53,830 bases of DNA from an uncultured virus (IMG/VR IMGVR_UViG_3300048135_000646) (Duplodnaviria > Heunggongvirae > Uroviricota > Caudoviricetes): the IMG/VR virus record IMGVR_UViG_3300048135_000646; one strand, given 5' to 3'. Below the pieces are notes generated by a model, which saw only the letters and a list, made by a program, of their open reading frames with translations, ran no database searches and was not told the DNA's origin. Shown here piece after piece: positions 39,507 through 47,678 of the stretch; position 1 is the stretch's first letter; every line of letters begins with the position of its first letter. A program made the translations under genes and the position numbers.

Positions 39507-39674
39507 ATGAGTAAGAAAGCAGAAATTTTCGAACAGATTCAAGAACACTTTATTGCGTTCACGGAGAATCACAATTCAACAACCAAGGCGGGAGCGACAA
39601 GAGCTCGTAAACACATTGGTGAAGTTAAAAAGTTAGTTACTGATTATAGAAAAGCGTCAGTTGCCGAATCTTAA
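39507..39674 (+). CDS. Histone H1-like Hc1-family nucleoid protein (Bacteroidota type; not in the ORF track)
   Basis: MSKKAEIFEQIQEHFIAFTENHNSTTKAGATRARKHIGEVKKLVTDYRKASVAES*, with the KAG.TRARK...YRKAS motif; own promoter (39469) and terminator. Confidence 0.8.
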   Translation: MSKKAEIFEQIQEHFIAFTENHNSTTKAGATRARKHIGEVKKLVTDYRKASVAES

Positions 39675-39702
39675 TATCGTATATCGAGATACACGATAAT
39701 AG

Positions 39703-39733
39703 AAAACCCCCACAGAAATGTGAGGGTTTTTTT
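39703..39733 (+). terminator. Intrinsic, probably bidirectional terminator
   Basis: AAAACCCCCACA-GAAA-TGTGAGGGTTTTTTT between convergent genes. Confidence 0.8.
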
Positions 39734-39756
39734 ATTTATACTAAGTAATGTGCCAA

Positions 39757-40158
39757 TTAGAATTTATTACCTTGTCGTAATTCGTCTATATCCTCTTGAA
39801 TTTCCTTTAGATCTTTAGGTAACATTAAATCTAAACCAGATTTAATTGACTTCTCCATAACACCATCAACAAAAATAAGTAATGTGGGTGCCATTCTGAT
39901 CCTATATTTCTTCTTCGCTTTAGGTGCTGACTCTATATTACATCTAAAGTAAGTCACTCCCTTTAAGGATTTCCATTCTTTAAATGAATTTGTTTTGTTA
40001 AAGTCTGCCCAAAATTCCACTACAGTTATTGTTACATCATCATCCCCAAATGGGTGACGTTGACTTACCTCAGATTCAAAGTTTGAATCACTAATCCATT
40101 GTTGTGAATATAACTGTGTAGATATCAATAGAGATAGTAATATGATTATACCTTTCAT
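39757..40158 (-). CDS. Secreted thioredoxin-fold protein lacking CxxC
   Basis: Signal peptide; VVEFWADFN...YRIRMAPTLLIFVDG. Confidence 0.75.
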   Translation of the reverse strand: MKGIIILLSLLISTQLYSQQWISDSNFESEVSQRHPFGDDDVTITVVEFWADFNKTNSFKEWKSLKGVTYFRCNIESAPKAKKKYRIRMAPTLLIFVDGVMEKSIKSGLDLMLPKDLKEIQEDIDELRQGNKF

Positions 40159-40159
40159 T

Positions 40160-40444
40160 TTAGTTTTGTTTTTGTAACTCATATAATCTCCCATCAATCT
40201 TCTCCAACTCTTTTAATATGGACTCTACATCTTCTTGAGTATCCATAATAGTTTGTCTAATCAGTTCATCCTTAAGATCATACTCTGTTCTAGTTATGTT
40301 TGGTTTAGGTAATTCCTTAGCTTCATTAATGTCGGACTGTAAGGTAAACCACATACCCACAACGGTTGCAACAAAAAATAAAATAATACCTATTGTTTTT
40401 AAATCTAATGTAATTTTCGTCTCTTCACTTAATTGTTTACTCAT
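40160..40444 (-). CDS. Single-TM coiled-coil protein
   Basis: TM segment followed by EYDLKDELIRQTI. Confidence 0.65.
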   Translation of the reverse strand: MSKQLSEETKITLDLKTIGIILFFVATVVGMWFTLQSDINEAKELPKPNITRTEYDLKDELIRQTIMDTQEDVESILKELEKIDGRLYELQKQN

Positions 40445-40451
40445 GGTTATA

Positions 40452-41681
40452 TTATCTAAATGTGTAGTTTAATCCGAATGTGCTATAGAAAAATTCCGAA
40501 TCCCACATCCTTGTATATTCTCCTTCAACAAACAAACCTAACTTTCTACCAACTTTCCAACCTATGTTGGCTCCGAATTGGAAGTCATCCCATTGTTTGA
40601 ATTGTGCGTCTTGAACTAGACCACCTTTACCCCAATTATCTCTATTACCATAATTAAAATCATCATCACCCATTACATAAGTGTGAAATGGTAAGAGGTA
40701 ATTACCGTAGACGTGTGCCCAAAATTTTGGTGTATAATGATAGAAATCAAAACCAACAACAGGTGAAACCAAACCAAATTGTCCTATTTCATCCCACGCA
40801 CCATTATTAAAATCATTAATTAAGTCCCTGAAAACACCATCTCTAAACTCCAAATCTGAATCGGCAACTCTATCACCATTCTCATTTAACCAAAACCAAT
40901 CACTTCTTTCAACTTCTTCACCAGTAACTGGATCTATATAAGTTTCAGTATAAAATTGATCGGTGTATCCATTATTGTAACCAAGAGTGTACCAAGGGTT
41001 TAATGGGTTACCATCCGCATCTTCCTCATTAACCCAAATTTCAAAAGGGTTATATCCGTAAGCCCTGTCATGAGTTCTGAAGATTGCACCTCCAGATAAA
41101 GAGAACTTTTTACCTATAGGTAGTCTTAATCTCGCTTCCGCTGATTGGTATTCGAAATCAAACGCCCCCTGTTTTCTACTTTCTAATTTTAATATGTGGT
41201 GTTTACCTGTATGTCTTATAAAATATCTACTATTGGTCCATACGTCACCTCTGTTACGTTCTTTTTCCCAATGGAATAGATATTCAAATCCCTTAACTGC
41301 TGATGTAGGTGCGGACAACGCTATTTGTCTTTCTCTATCAGCATTACCTGTCCAAAAGTTACCGGGTTTTCTTTCGTAATCAAATCTCGCTAATTTTCTA
41401 ATACCGAAACCGATTCTATAATCAAATGGGTTATAATCCGTACCATCCACCACTTGTGGAATACTATATATACTACCATTATCGTTTGTTCTTACAAAAT
41501 ATTCTTTTCTTGCTGGTTCATACGAGTTACGAATATCACCCGCACCATAGATTGTCCCATACTTTAAAAAATCATTGTAAAATTCCTTAATAAAAGAGTC
41601 TTTTTTCTCTTTTTTACTTTCTTGTGCAAGCGAAGGTACCGCCCATAAAATGCACATTAATAAAACCATTATGTTTTTCAT
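40452..41681 (-). CDS. Putative outer-membrane beta-barrel protein
   Basis: Signal peptide, aromatic-rich alternating strands, and C-terminal FGLNYTFR. Confidence 0.6.
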   Translation of the reverse strand: MKNIMVLLMCILWAVPSLAQESKKEKKDSFIKEFYNDFLKYGTIYGAGDIRNSYEPARKEYFVRTNDNGSIYSIPQVVDGTDYNPFDYRIGFGIRKLARFDYERKPGNFWTGNADRERQIALSAPTSAVKGFEYLFHWEKERNRGDVWTNSRYFIRHTGKHHILKLESRKQGAFDFEYQSAEARLRLPIGKKFSLSGGAIFRTHDRAYGYNPFEIWVNEEDADGNPLNPWYTLGYNNGYTDQFYTETYIDPVTGEEVERSDWFWLNENGDRVADSDLEFRDGVFRDLINDFNNGAWDEIGQFGLVSPVVGFDFYHYTPKFWAHVYGNYLLPFHTYVMGDDDFNYGNRDNWGKGGLVQDAQFKQWDDFQFGANIGWKVGRKLGLFVEGEYTRMWDSEFFYSTFGLNYTFR

Positions 41682-42057
41682 CTCTAAATAAAGTGTTTTT
41701 TAGTCATTATTTTTACTTTAATAATAAATATCTTGCGTTTATTAAAAAAATATTATTATATTTGTATAAATATTTTTTTATGAGCTACCAAGAAATAATT
41801 AAAAACTTAACACAGATAAAGGGTCTGTGTGATGATGATTGTCCAAGAATGGCGTCAGAAAGGATAAACTGGTTGATAAATGATATCAAAAAATACAAGG
41901 AAAAAGTATCTCTTTGGGATAGATTAACCTCATCTAATAAATAAAAAATGAAAAAAAGGTCTTCTTATAGTATCCTATTCACGATATTTTTATTTCTTTA
42001 TATACTCTCAAGAGTTATCAGATATATTGTAAACAATTAATAAATTAATATAAAATT

Positions 42058-42237
42058 ATGAAAAAAGTCAAAGATTTTATGATGGTGTGGTATCCCGTGG
42101 TATTTGCATTCATATGTTTACTCTACTCAGTGGGGTTGGGTTTACTTGGTAGAACCGAGGAGGCACAGTATTCGGCACATTGGCCGGGAACAATTTTATT
42201 ATTTGCATTAGTAATCAGACAAAGAAGAAACTCATGA
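42058..42237 (+). CDS. Small membrane protein (59 aa)
   Basis: MKKVKDFMMVWYPVVFAF...HWPGTILLFALVIRQRRNS*, with an ATGA overlap to the next ORF. Confidence 0.55.
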   Translation: MKKVKDFMMVWYPVVFAFICLLYSVGLGLLGRTEEAQYSAHWPGTILLFALVIRQRRNS

Positions 42238-42473
42238 GTGTAGCAATGTTTGTAATTGGGTTTGTGATATTCTCAGCGTATGTATATTTTCTGATTTGGA
42301 ATATATACTATGGATCCAAAAAACAAAGAGAAGAAAATTATCCTAATATCCCCGATGTTATGGATATGGATGGGATGGGGAACTTTAGTAGATTCCCAAC
42401 TGACGATATCAAAATAGAAGAACGTAAATTAAAAAGAAAAAAATATGAAACTTTACGACGTACCAAGAAATAG
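42234..42473 (+). CDS. Small membrane protein
   Basis: MSVAMFVIGF... and a DMDGMGNFSRFP motif. Confidence 0.55.
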   Translation: MSVAMFVIGFVIFSAYVYFLIWNIYYGSKKQREENYPNIPDVMDMDGMGNFSRFPTDDIKIEERKLKRKKYETLRRTKK

Positions 42474-42645
42474 TAGAATTAGAGTGATCAGTGATGTCAA
42501 GGTTCCACCAGCGGCACCACAGATTGAGGAACAGGAAGAACTAAACTTTAGATCTATAGATGGAATGTATAGTTATTGTACAAGAGACAATGGTGAAGTG
42601 GTTCATTTGGTGGCTTGGGCGGATGTTGAGATTGTAAATAAGTAA
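42445..42645 (+). CDS. Hypothetical protein
   Basis: MKLYDVPRNS...IDGMYSYC. Confidence 0.6.
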   Translation: MKLYDVPRNSRIRVISDVKVPPAAPQIEEQEELNFRSIDGMYSYCTRDNGEVVHLVAWADVEIVNK

Positions 42646-43134
42646 ATTAAACTATTTATAGTATTATGATAGAATTTTTTAGACATGTATTTGGGTTTTG
42701 TGGTGAACACTTTCACCCAAATGTGTGGACCGCAATGGCATCGGCTCCGATCATTGCAACAACAGTACACTACATAAAATGTAAATGTGGTGGTTGGTTC
42801 TTTCATAAGAAGAGTTGTGATGAGAAAAATAATTAAAATATCCCTATTATTCTTATTGGTATTAAGTTTTACTTCTTGCGCATGTTATCATTGTCCAAGA
42901 GTATATAAAGATCGTAGTGTTCCAACAGGAATTGCGGTCCCTCTCAAAAAGAATACAAAACAAAACAAGTACGGACCAAAAAAACCGTATTATGGTAAAC
43001 CTGAAAAAAGAAAAAGATTAAGATCTTGGTAATCACTTAAATTAATTGGTTTTAGGTCCCTAAAACTTGACTTTCCCGTTGTTTTTAGTTATATTTTTGT
43101 ATACTTATATTAATACAATAATAATATCTAAAAA

Positions 43135-43404
43135 TTGAGAAATAAATTGTTCGACAACTTCGATACACCTTCCGAATTTTATAATTTTGATGATGAATTT
43201 AGACAAAGTTTAGACAACTCGTACGATATATTTACGGGTAGAAGGACTTATGTTGAAATCATTTGCGATTCTGAAAAACCTCACTTCTTTTTCTTTGAAC
43301 CTACTGAGACACCTTCTAAAGAGGATATCGAGGATCTTATATACATATATGAAGACTATGAGGAATACGAAAGATGTGGAGAACTAATGAATTTAATAAA
43401 ATAG
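43135..43404 (+). CDS. Hypothetical protein with UVR-like motif
   Basis: YEEYERCGEL C-terminus. Confidence 0.5.
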   Translation: MRNKLFDNFDTPSEFYNFDDEFRQSLDNSYDIFTGRRTYVEIICDSEKPHFFFFEPTETPSKEDIEDLIYIYEDYEEYERCGELMNLIK

Positions 43405-43997
43405 TTAATTGAAAGATAAGATAATAGATAAATTAGTTACTGGTATCCTAATCGTATTAGTTATTTTAATTGTTGGGGACTATATGATCGCCTATAGCGA
43501 GAATAGACCAATAAACGAAAAAATAATTGATTTAATCCACATAACCATCGCAGGTTTAATTGGAATTATAGGTACTTATTATGGTATGAAAAACAAATAA
43601 AATGAGATCACAATTCCTACAAAAATTAATAGAAAAGTTTCCGAATGATTATCAGTTAGGTCAGGCAATTAGAAAGTATCACCGATTGAGGTCAGGGGGA
43701 AAAATAAAACCAGAATGTGAGAAGATTGTATTAAGATCAACCTTCGACGATAACTAAGTAAAAAAATGAGTCACGAACAACAAACTAATGGAACTCCTCA
43801 ACTACAAGGAGAAAGAAACTCTTTCAATCAGAAAGTAGGTTCTTATAGTATATTGGGTAGAACTAAGAAAGTTCTATGGTCTAATAGACGTAGGTGGAGA
43901 AACATATAGAATTGTCAAATGTCTCCTTTACTAATAGAGGGACATGGTTAGTACTCTTGAGTACATAATATTAGGATTAAATACATTTAAATATAAT

Positions 43998-44789
43998 ATG
44001 GGAAATTGGTTTAAAAAGGCGGGAAAAACTATTAAAAAGTCTGCCGATAAGGCCGCAGATAAGGTTAAGGATACAACCAACACCGTTGCGAAAGAAACTA
44101 CTAATACGGCGAACACCGTTGCGAAAGAAACTACTAAGGTAGCTAACACAGTTGCCAAAACAACTACAAATATTTATACTGACTCTAAAAAGGCAGTGGC
44201 GAAAACAACTAACGTAGTTGCTAAAAACACTGAAGAGGCTGCGAAACAAGGATTGGATGTTGCATCTGATACTTGGAAGGAAGGAAGTTCACAAGTAATT
44301 GAGTTTTCAAAAGATGGGTTAGAGTCAATCGAGGACGCTGCGGAGGCGGCAGTCGATTGGTTAGATGAGAATGCATGTTACATCGGATTAAATATGGCAT
44401 TAACAACAGGTTGTGTTACGTACTTCACACCTAAACCCGCACCTGCAGATCCAGGTACTGTGACATCAACTACTATTAGTGCAACCATGTTGGGTGCGAT
44501 CGCGTCAGTTGGTCAGAAAGTTGCGATAATGGTGGTCTCTAAAGAGGTTGGTAAACTTTTGGCGGATGGTATATTTTTAATACCTGGTGTGAAAGGAAAA
44601 TGTGATAAGGAATTATTGACAAGAGTTCTCACTAATGTGATTGCTAAGTCGAATCCTATATATACCACAGCCGCGTTATCAACACCAGCGGGAGTTGGTT
44701 TGTTTGTTGGGTCAGTAGTTTCACCGATAGTGGCAACACTAATTTGTGAGGGAGTGGTACCAAATGGGTTCTCTAAATTAGACGATTAA
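43998..44789 (+). CDS. Protein with 11-residue amphipathic repeats and a hydrophobic C-terminal domain
   Basis: MGNWFKKAGK...; NTVAKETT repeats with a 33-nt period; start reassigned to 43998. Confidence 0.7.
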   Translation: MGNWFKKAGKTIKKSADKAADKVKDTTNTVAKETTNTANTVAKETTKVANTVAKTTTNIYTDSKKAVAKTTNVVAKNTEEAAKQGLDVASDTWKEGSSQVIEFSKDGLESIEDAAEAAVDWLDENACYIGLNMALTTGCVTYFTPKPAPADPGTVTSTTISATMLGAIASVGQKVAIMVVSKEVGKLLADGIFLIPGVKGKCDKELLTRVLTNVIAKSNPIYTTAALSTPAGVGLFVGSVVSPIVATLICEGVVPNGFSKLDD

Positions 44790-44819
44790 AAAAAAAATAT
44801 AAATATTTTTATTATTTTA

Positions 44820-44850
44820 TTGATTTAATAAAAAATGTTTTATATATTTG
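44820..44850 (+). promoter_or_regulatory. Bacteroidota-type promoter driving the ncRNA
   Basis: TTG (44820)-N20-TATATTTG (44843-44850). Confidence 0.75.
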
Positions 44851-44916
44851 TACCAACAAAAGGGATAGGTTGAACAAAACGATACCGATTGACCCCTAAC
44901 GTTCTTTAAAATATTG

Positions 44917-45320
44917 AAAAGAGGCAGGATTAAGATTGATCATCAATATCCTGAGTGTATGGGAGAATAAATCTTTGTGAAAGGGGATTAATCCACACTG
45001 ACAGTAGACACGTTCTACTATTTTTGCTGAGGTTCGCAAGACTGATGTAAAGATATCTTGACAAAGAAGAAGTGGTAGACATTACACAAGCTAAACAGCT
45101 TACTTTCAAACTCATTGTGAGACGGTCGAAAGATCAAACTCATCTTGTGACTGAATAACCCTTCTGTTCGGGGGTAAGGTAAACTATAAGGGGTTGTACC
45201 CGCATCGTAGGATTAACACTCCGAAAATGAATCAATGTAAAAATTGGTATAGTTGTATGAGTATAAAACACGACAGAATGATCTTCCTTGGATAGCATAC
45301 CGAGGTATACATCCTCTTTT
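44917..45320 (+). ncRNA. Large structured non-coding RNA (~400 nt), class unassigned
   Basis: No plus-strand ORF; closing helix AAAAGAGG/CCTCTTTT; about 10 internal helices and three GNRA tetraloops; flanked by a promoter and a terminator. Confidence 0.75.
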
Positions 45321-45327
45321 TTATAAT

Positions 45328-45362
45328 AAACCCTTTTCCGGTAACGGTTAAGGGTTTTTTTA
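45328..45362 (+). terminator. Intrinsic terminator after the ncRNA
   Basis: AAACCCTT-TT-CCG-GTAA-CGG-TT-AAGGGTTT followed by a T tract. Confidence 0.8.
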
Positions 45363-45438
45363 TGTAATAATATTAAAGAATTTCAATTATAATTTTGTAT
45401 ATCCTAAAAAATATATTATATTTGGTGAAATTAAAAGT

Positions 45439-45630
45439 ATGAAAATTTTTGCAGTAAAAAACGGTATAAGATATTTCAGAGAACGATTAGAGTCTACGGA
45501 CAATAAAGACAGAAAGGTCTACTATAGAAACGAAATTTATAGGTTGGAAGAAAAACTGTATAATTTACAATTTAAAGAAGAAGAAAACCATTATGGTGAA
45601 ATTATTCAGGAACGAGAAGGGTCAGATTAA
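45439..45630 (+). CDS. Hypothetical protein
   Basis: 63 aa, following the promoter at 45417. Confidence 0.55.
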   Translation: MKIFAVKNGIRYFRERLESTDNKDRKVYYRNEIYRLEEKLYNLQFKEEENHYGEIIQEREGSD

Positions 45631-45784
45631 ATTATTAGAAGGTCAGGTAGAACTTGTGGGTTCAGACGGTAAAAAGATACGACACCACCCAACTAAATTC
45701 TCAATATGTGGGTGCGGAAAAAGTAAAACAATATTATGTGATGGTTCACACAAACCAAAAGAAGATGAAAGTAAAGAAAATTGA
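45593..45784 (+). CDS. CDGSH iron-sulfur domain protein
   Basis: SICGCGKSKTILCDGSH. Confidence 0.88.
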   Translation: MVKLFRNEKGQIKLLEGQVELVGSDGKKIRHHPTKFSICGCGKSKTILCDGSHKPKEDESKEN

Positions 45785-46046
45785 TACACCATTAGAGGTT
45801 GTTTCCAAAGAAGTACAACGATGGATAGACAAAACAGAAGATGAGAACGCAAAATTTCCCCTTCATGCGGTCTTAGAAATAATTAAAACCTTATCTGTGG
45901 AAGAAGAAAAGTTTGCGGGTAAAATGTACGATTATGGTGCAAGTGGTAGATATGGTTATACTACAGGTAGAAAGTTTTATAAATCTGAATTTTTGGGTCA
46001 TGGGAAAAAAGAAAACAGTAAAATTGAAGAGCTGGGAGTTTGTTAA
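45765..46046 (+). CDS. Hypothetical protein
   Basis: Probable start MKVKKID at 45765. Confidence 0.5.
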   Translation: MKVKKIDTPLEVVSKEVQRWIDKTEDENAKFPLHAVLEIIKTLSVEEEKFAGKMYDYGASGRYGYTTGRKFYKSEFLGHGKKENSKIEELGVC

Positions 46047-46460
46047 AGATAGAAAACACAATTTAACAACATTGAGTGAATGGGATGATCCCTCACACTT
46101 TTATTATCAATTTGATGGATATATGTACTATCCCTCAGTTTCTAAACATGATCTGGATATGTTATATAGGTCCCCAAACACATGACTTTACATCATCAAT
46201 TATTTTACTTAAGTTAAGGTAAGAATCTTAAATTGTATAAATTATGAATCACTGGTTAAATGAGGGAAGACAAATCCTCGACGAAAAACAAATAGATCAA
46301 TATAATAAAATAGAGAGGAAACCTACATTGGGTTGTTTGATCATAGTTGGAGGGACGATCATGTTTTGGTCATTTGTTTATTGGGTTTATCTATTATTCA
46401 CCACATAATTTGATTTATTATAAAATTTTATTTATATTTTAATAACAACACCAAAGAGAG

Positions 46461-46811
46461 ATGAGAAAATGGTATAGAAATATGAAAGATAAGGGTTATT
46501 TGGATTCGGCCTTCATATTGTTAAGTTTATCACTAATATTATCATTTGTCATGTTAGTTAGTTCATTAACAAATGGTTATGAATTTCGGCCAACCGAAAA
46601 TAGTCGACAAAATGACACAGTATTTATAACTGATACTGTATATATAGAGCAACTAATAAACTTAGATAGGTTAGATAGTATAGAAGAGATATTATACTAC
46701 GAAGTCATCGAGGATCAACTTTATCTATATACAAAGAAAGACTCTATTAGGGATGAGATTGAGAGATGGAACTACATAAGAAGTTTAGATCCTGAAGGGT
46801 GGGAACAATGA
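46461..46811 (+). CDS. Membrane-anchored hypothetical protein
   Basis: TM segment and a DTVFITDTVY motif common in Bacteroidota proteins. Confidence 0.6.
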   Translation: MRKWYRNMKDKGYLDSAFILLSLSLILSFVMLVSSLTNGYEFRPTENSRQNDTVFITDTVYIEQLINLDRLDSIEEILYYEVIEDQLYLYTKKDSIRDEIERWNYIRSLDPEGWEQ

Positions 46812-47095
46812 GTGAAAAGGTACCTTACGAACCAAAATGTAAGAAATGTGGTAAGATATTACCATTGGGTTTAGGTTTAACAGTAGTTTGTATAGAATGT
46901 ATAATAAAAAGACCAAAATAAATTAATGAACTATGGCAAAATTTAAATTCACTACAAAGAGCGGTACTCATGTTTCCGCATGTGAAACTAACACCGAAGA
47001 GAAAGCGTGGTTATGGATCTCTAAAGTTAAAGACCTAACCCTAAAACAATCGAAAGATTTGTATAATATTAAAAAATTAGATTAAATAAAAACAA

Positions 47096-47470
47096 ATGAG
47101 TGAAAAAATTTACGTCCGTAAAATAGAGACTTGGACAATCTCATCTGCAAGTGCACCTATTGAGATTAACGTAGACGCATTAAGAAAGTGTGTACCACCA
47201 TATGAAGGTGATTCAGAACAAGAATTGGTAAACTATCTACAAAACGAAGTGTGGAATGAGTACGAATTCTATGAGAATGAAACTAATAAAGAAGTTTATG
47301 GTGAGGATGAGGTCTATGAATTATGTATGGAGGAGGCCTATGTTGAGAATGAGTTCTTCGATTCTCGCACTAAAGGATGTGATGAATCTATTCAAGTGGG
47401 TGTACCAAATGAGGAGTGGACAAAACAAGGTGGTTTCCAACCATTAGCATATGGAGAAAACGAATATTAG
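47096..47470 (+). CDS. Acidic hypothetical protein
   Basis: 124-aa ORF. Confidence 0.6.
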   Translation: MSEKIYVRKIETWTISSASAPIEINVDALRKCVPPYEGDSEQELVNYLQNEVWNEYEFYENETNKEVYGEDEVYELCMEEAYVENEFFDSRTKGCDESIQVGVPNEEWTKQGGFQPLAYGENEY

Positions 47471-47475
47471 TATAG

Positions 47476-47658
47476 ATGGACAAAGGACAATTATACGAAC
47501 AGTTTCTATCTGAGTACACCAGATTAGAAAATCAGATAGGTCAGATTAAAATGAACAAGTTTGAATTAAATGCGGAGGATCAAAAGAAGGTGGACCTATT
47601 AGAAAGAAAGAAAACCTACATTATGGGTAGAGTAGAAGAATTACAAAGAAATATTTAA
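47476..47658 (+). CDS. Small coiled-coil protein
   Basis: 60-aa ORF. Confidence 0.55.
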   Translation: MDKGQLYEQFLSEYTRLENQIGQIKMNKFELNAEDQKKVDLLERKKTYIMGRVEELQRNI

Positions 47659-47678
47659 CTAATAATCCGTGGTAATCA

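Noticed and set aside
44930..45115. 61-aa minus-strand ORF from the track
   Set aside because: It is antisense to a promoter-terminator unit, has no recognisable motif, and is better explained as a shadow of the ncRNA.
44917..45320. tmRNA, RNase P RNA, tRNA cluster or self-splicing intron
   Set aside because: I could not find GGGG...CCA tRNA-like ends, GAGGAAAGUCC, cloverleaves or an interrupted flanking gene; a covariance search is still needed to exclude divergent forms.
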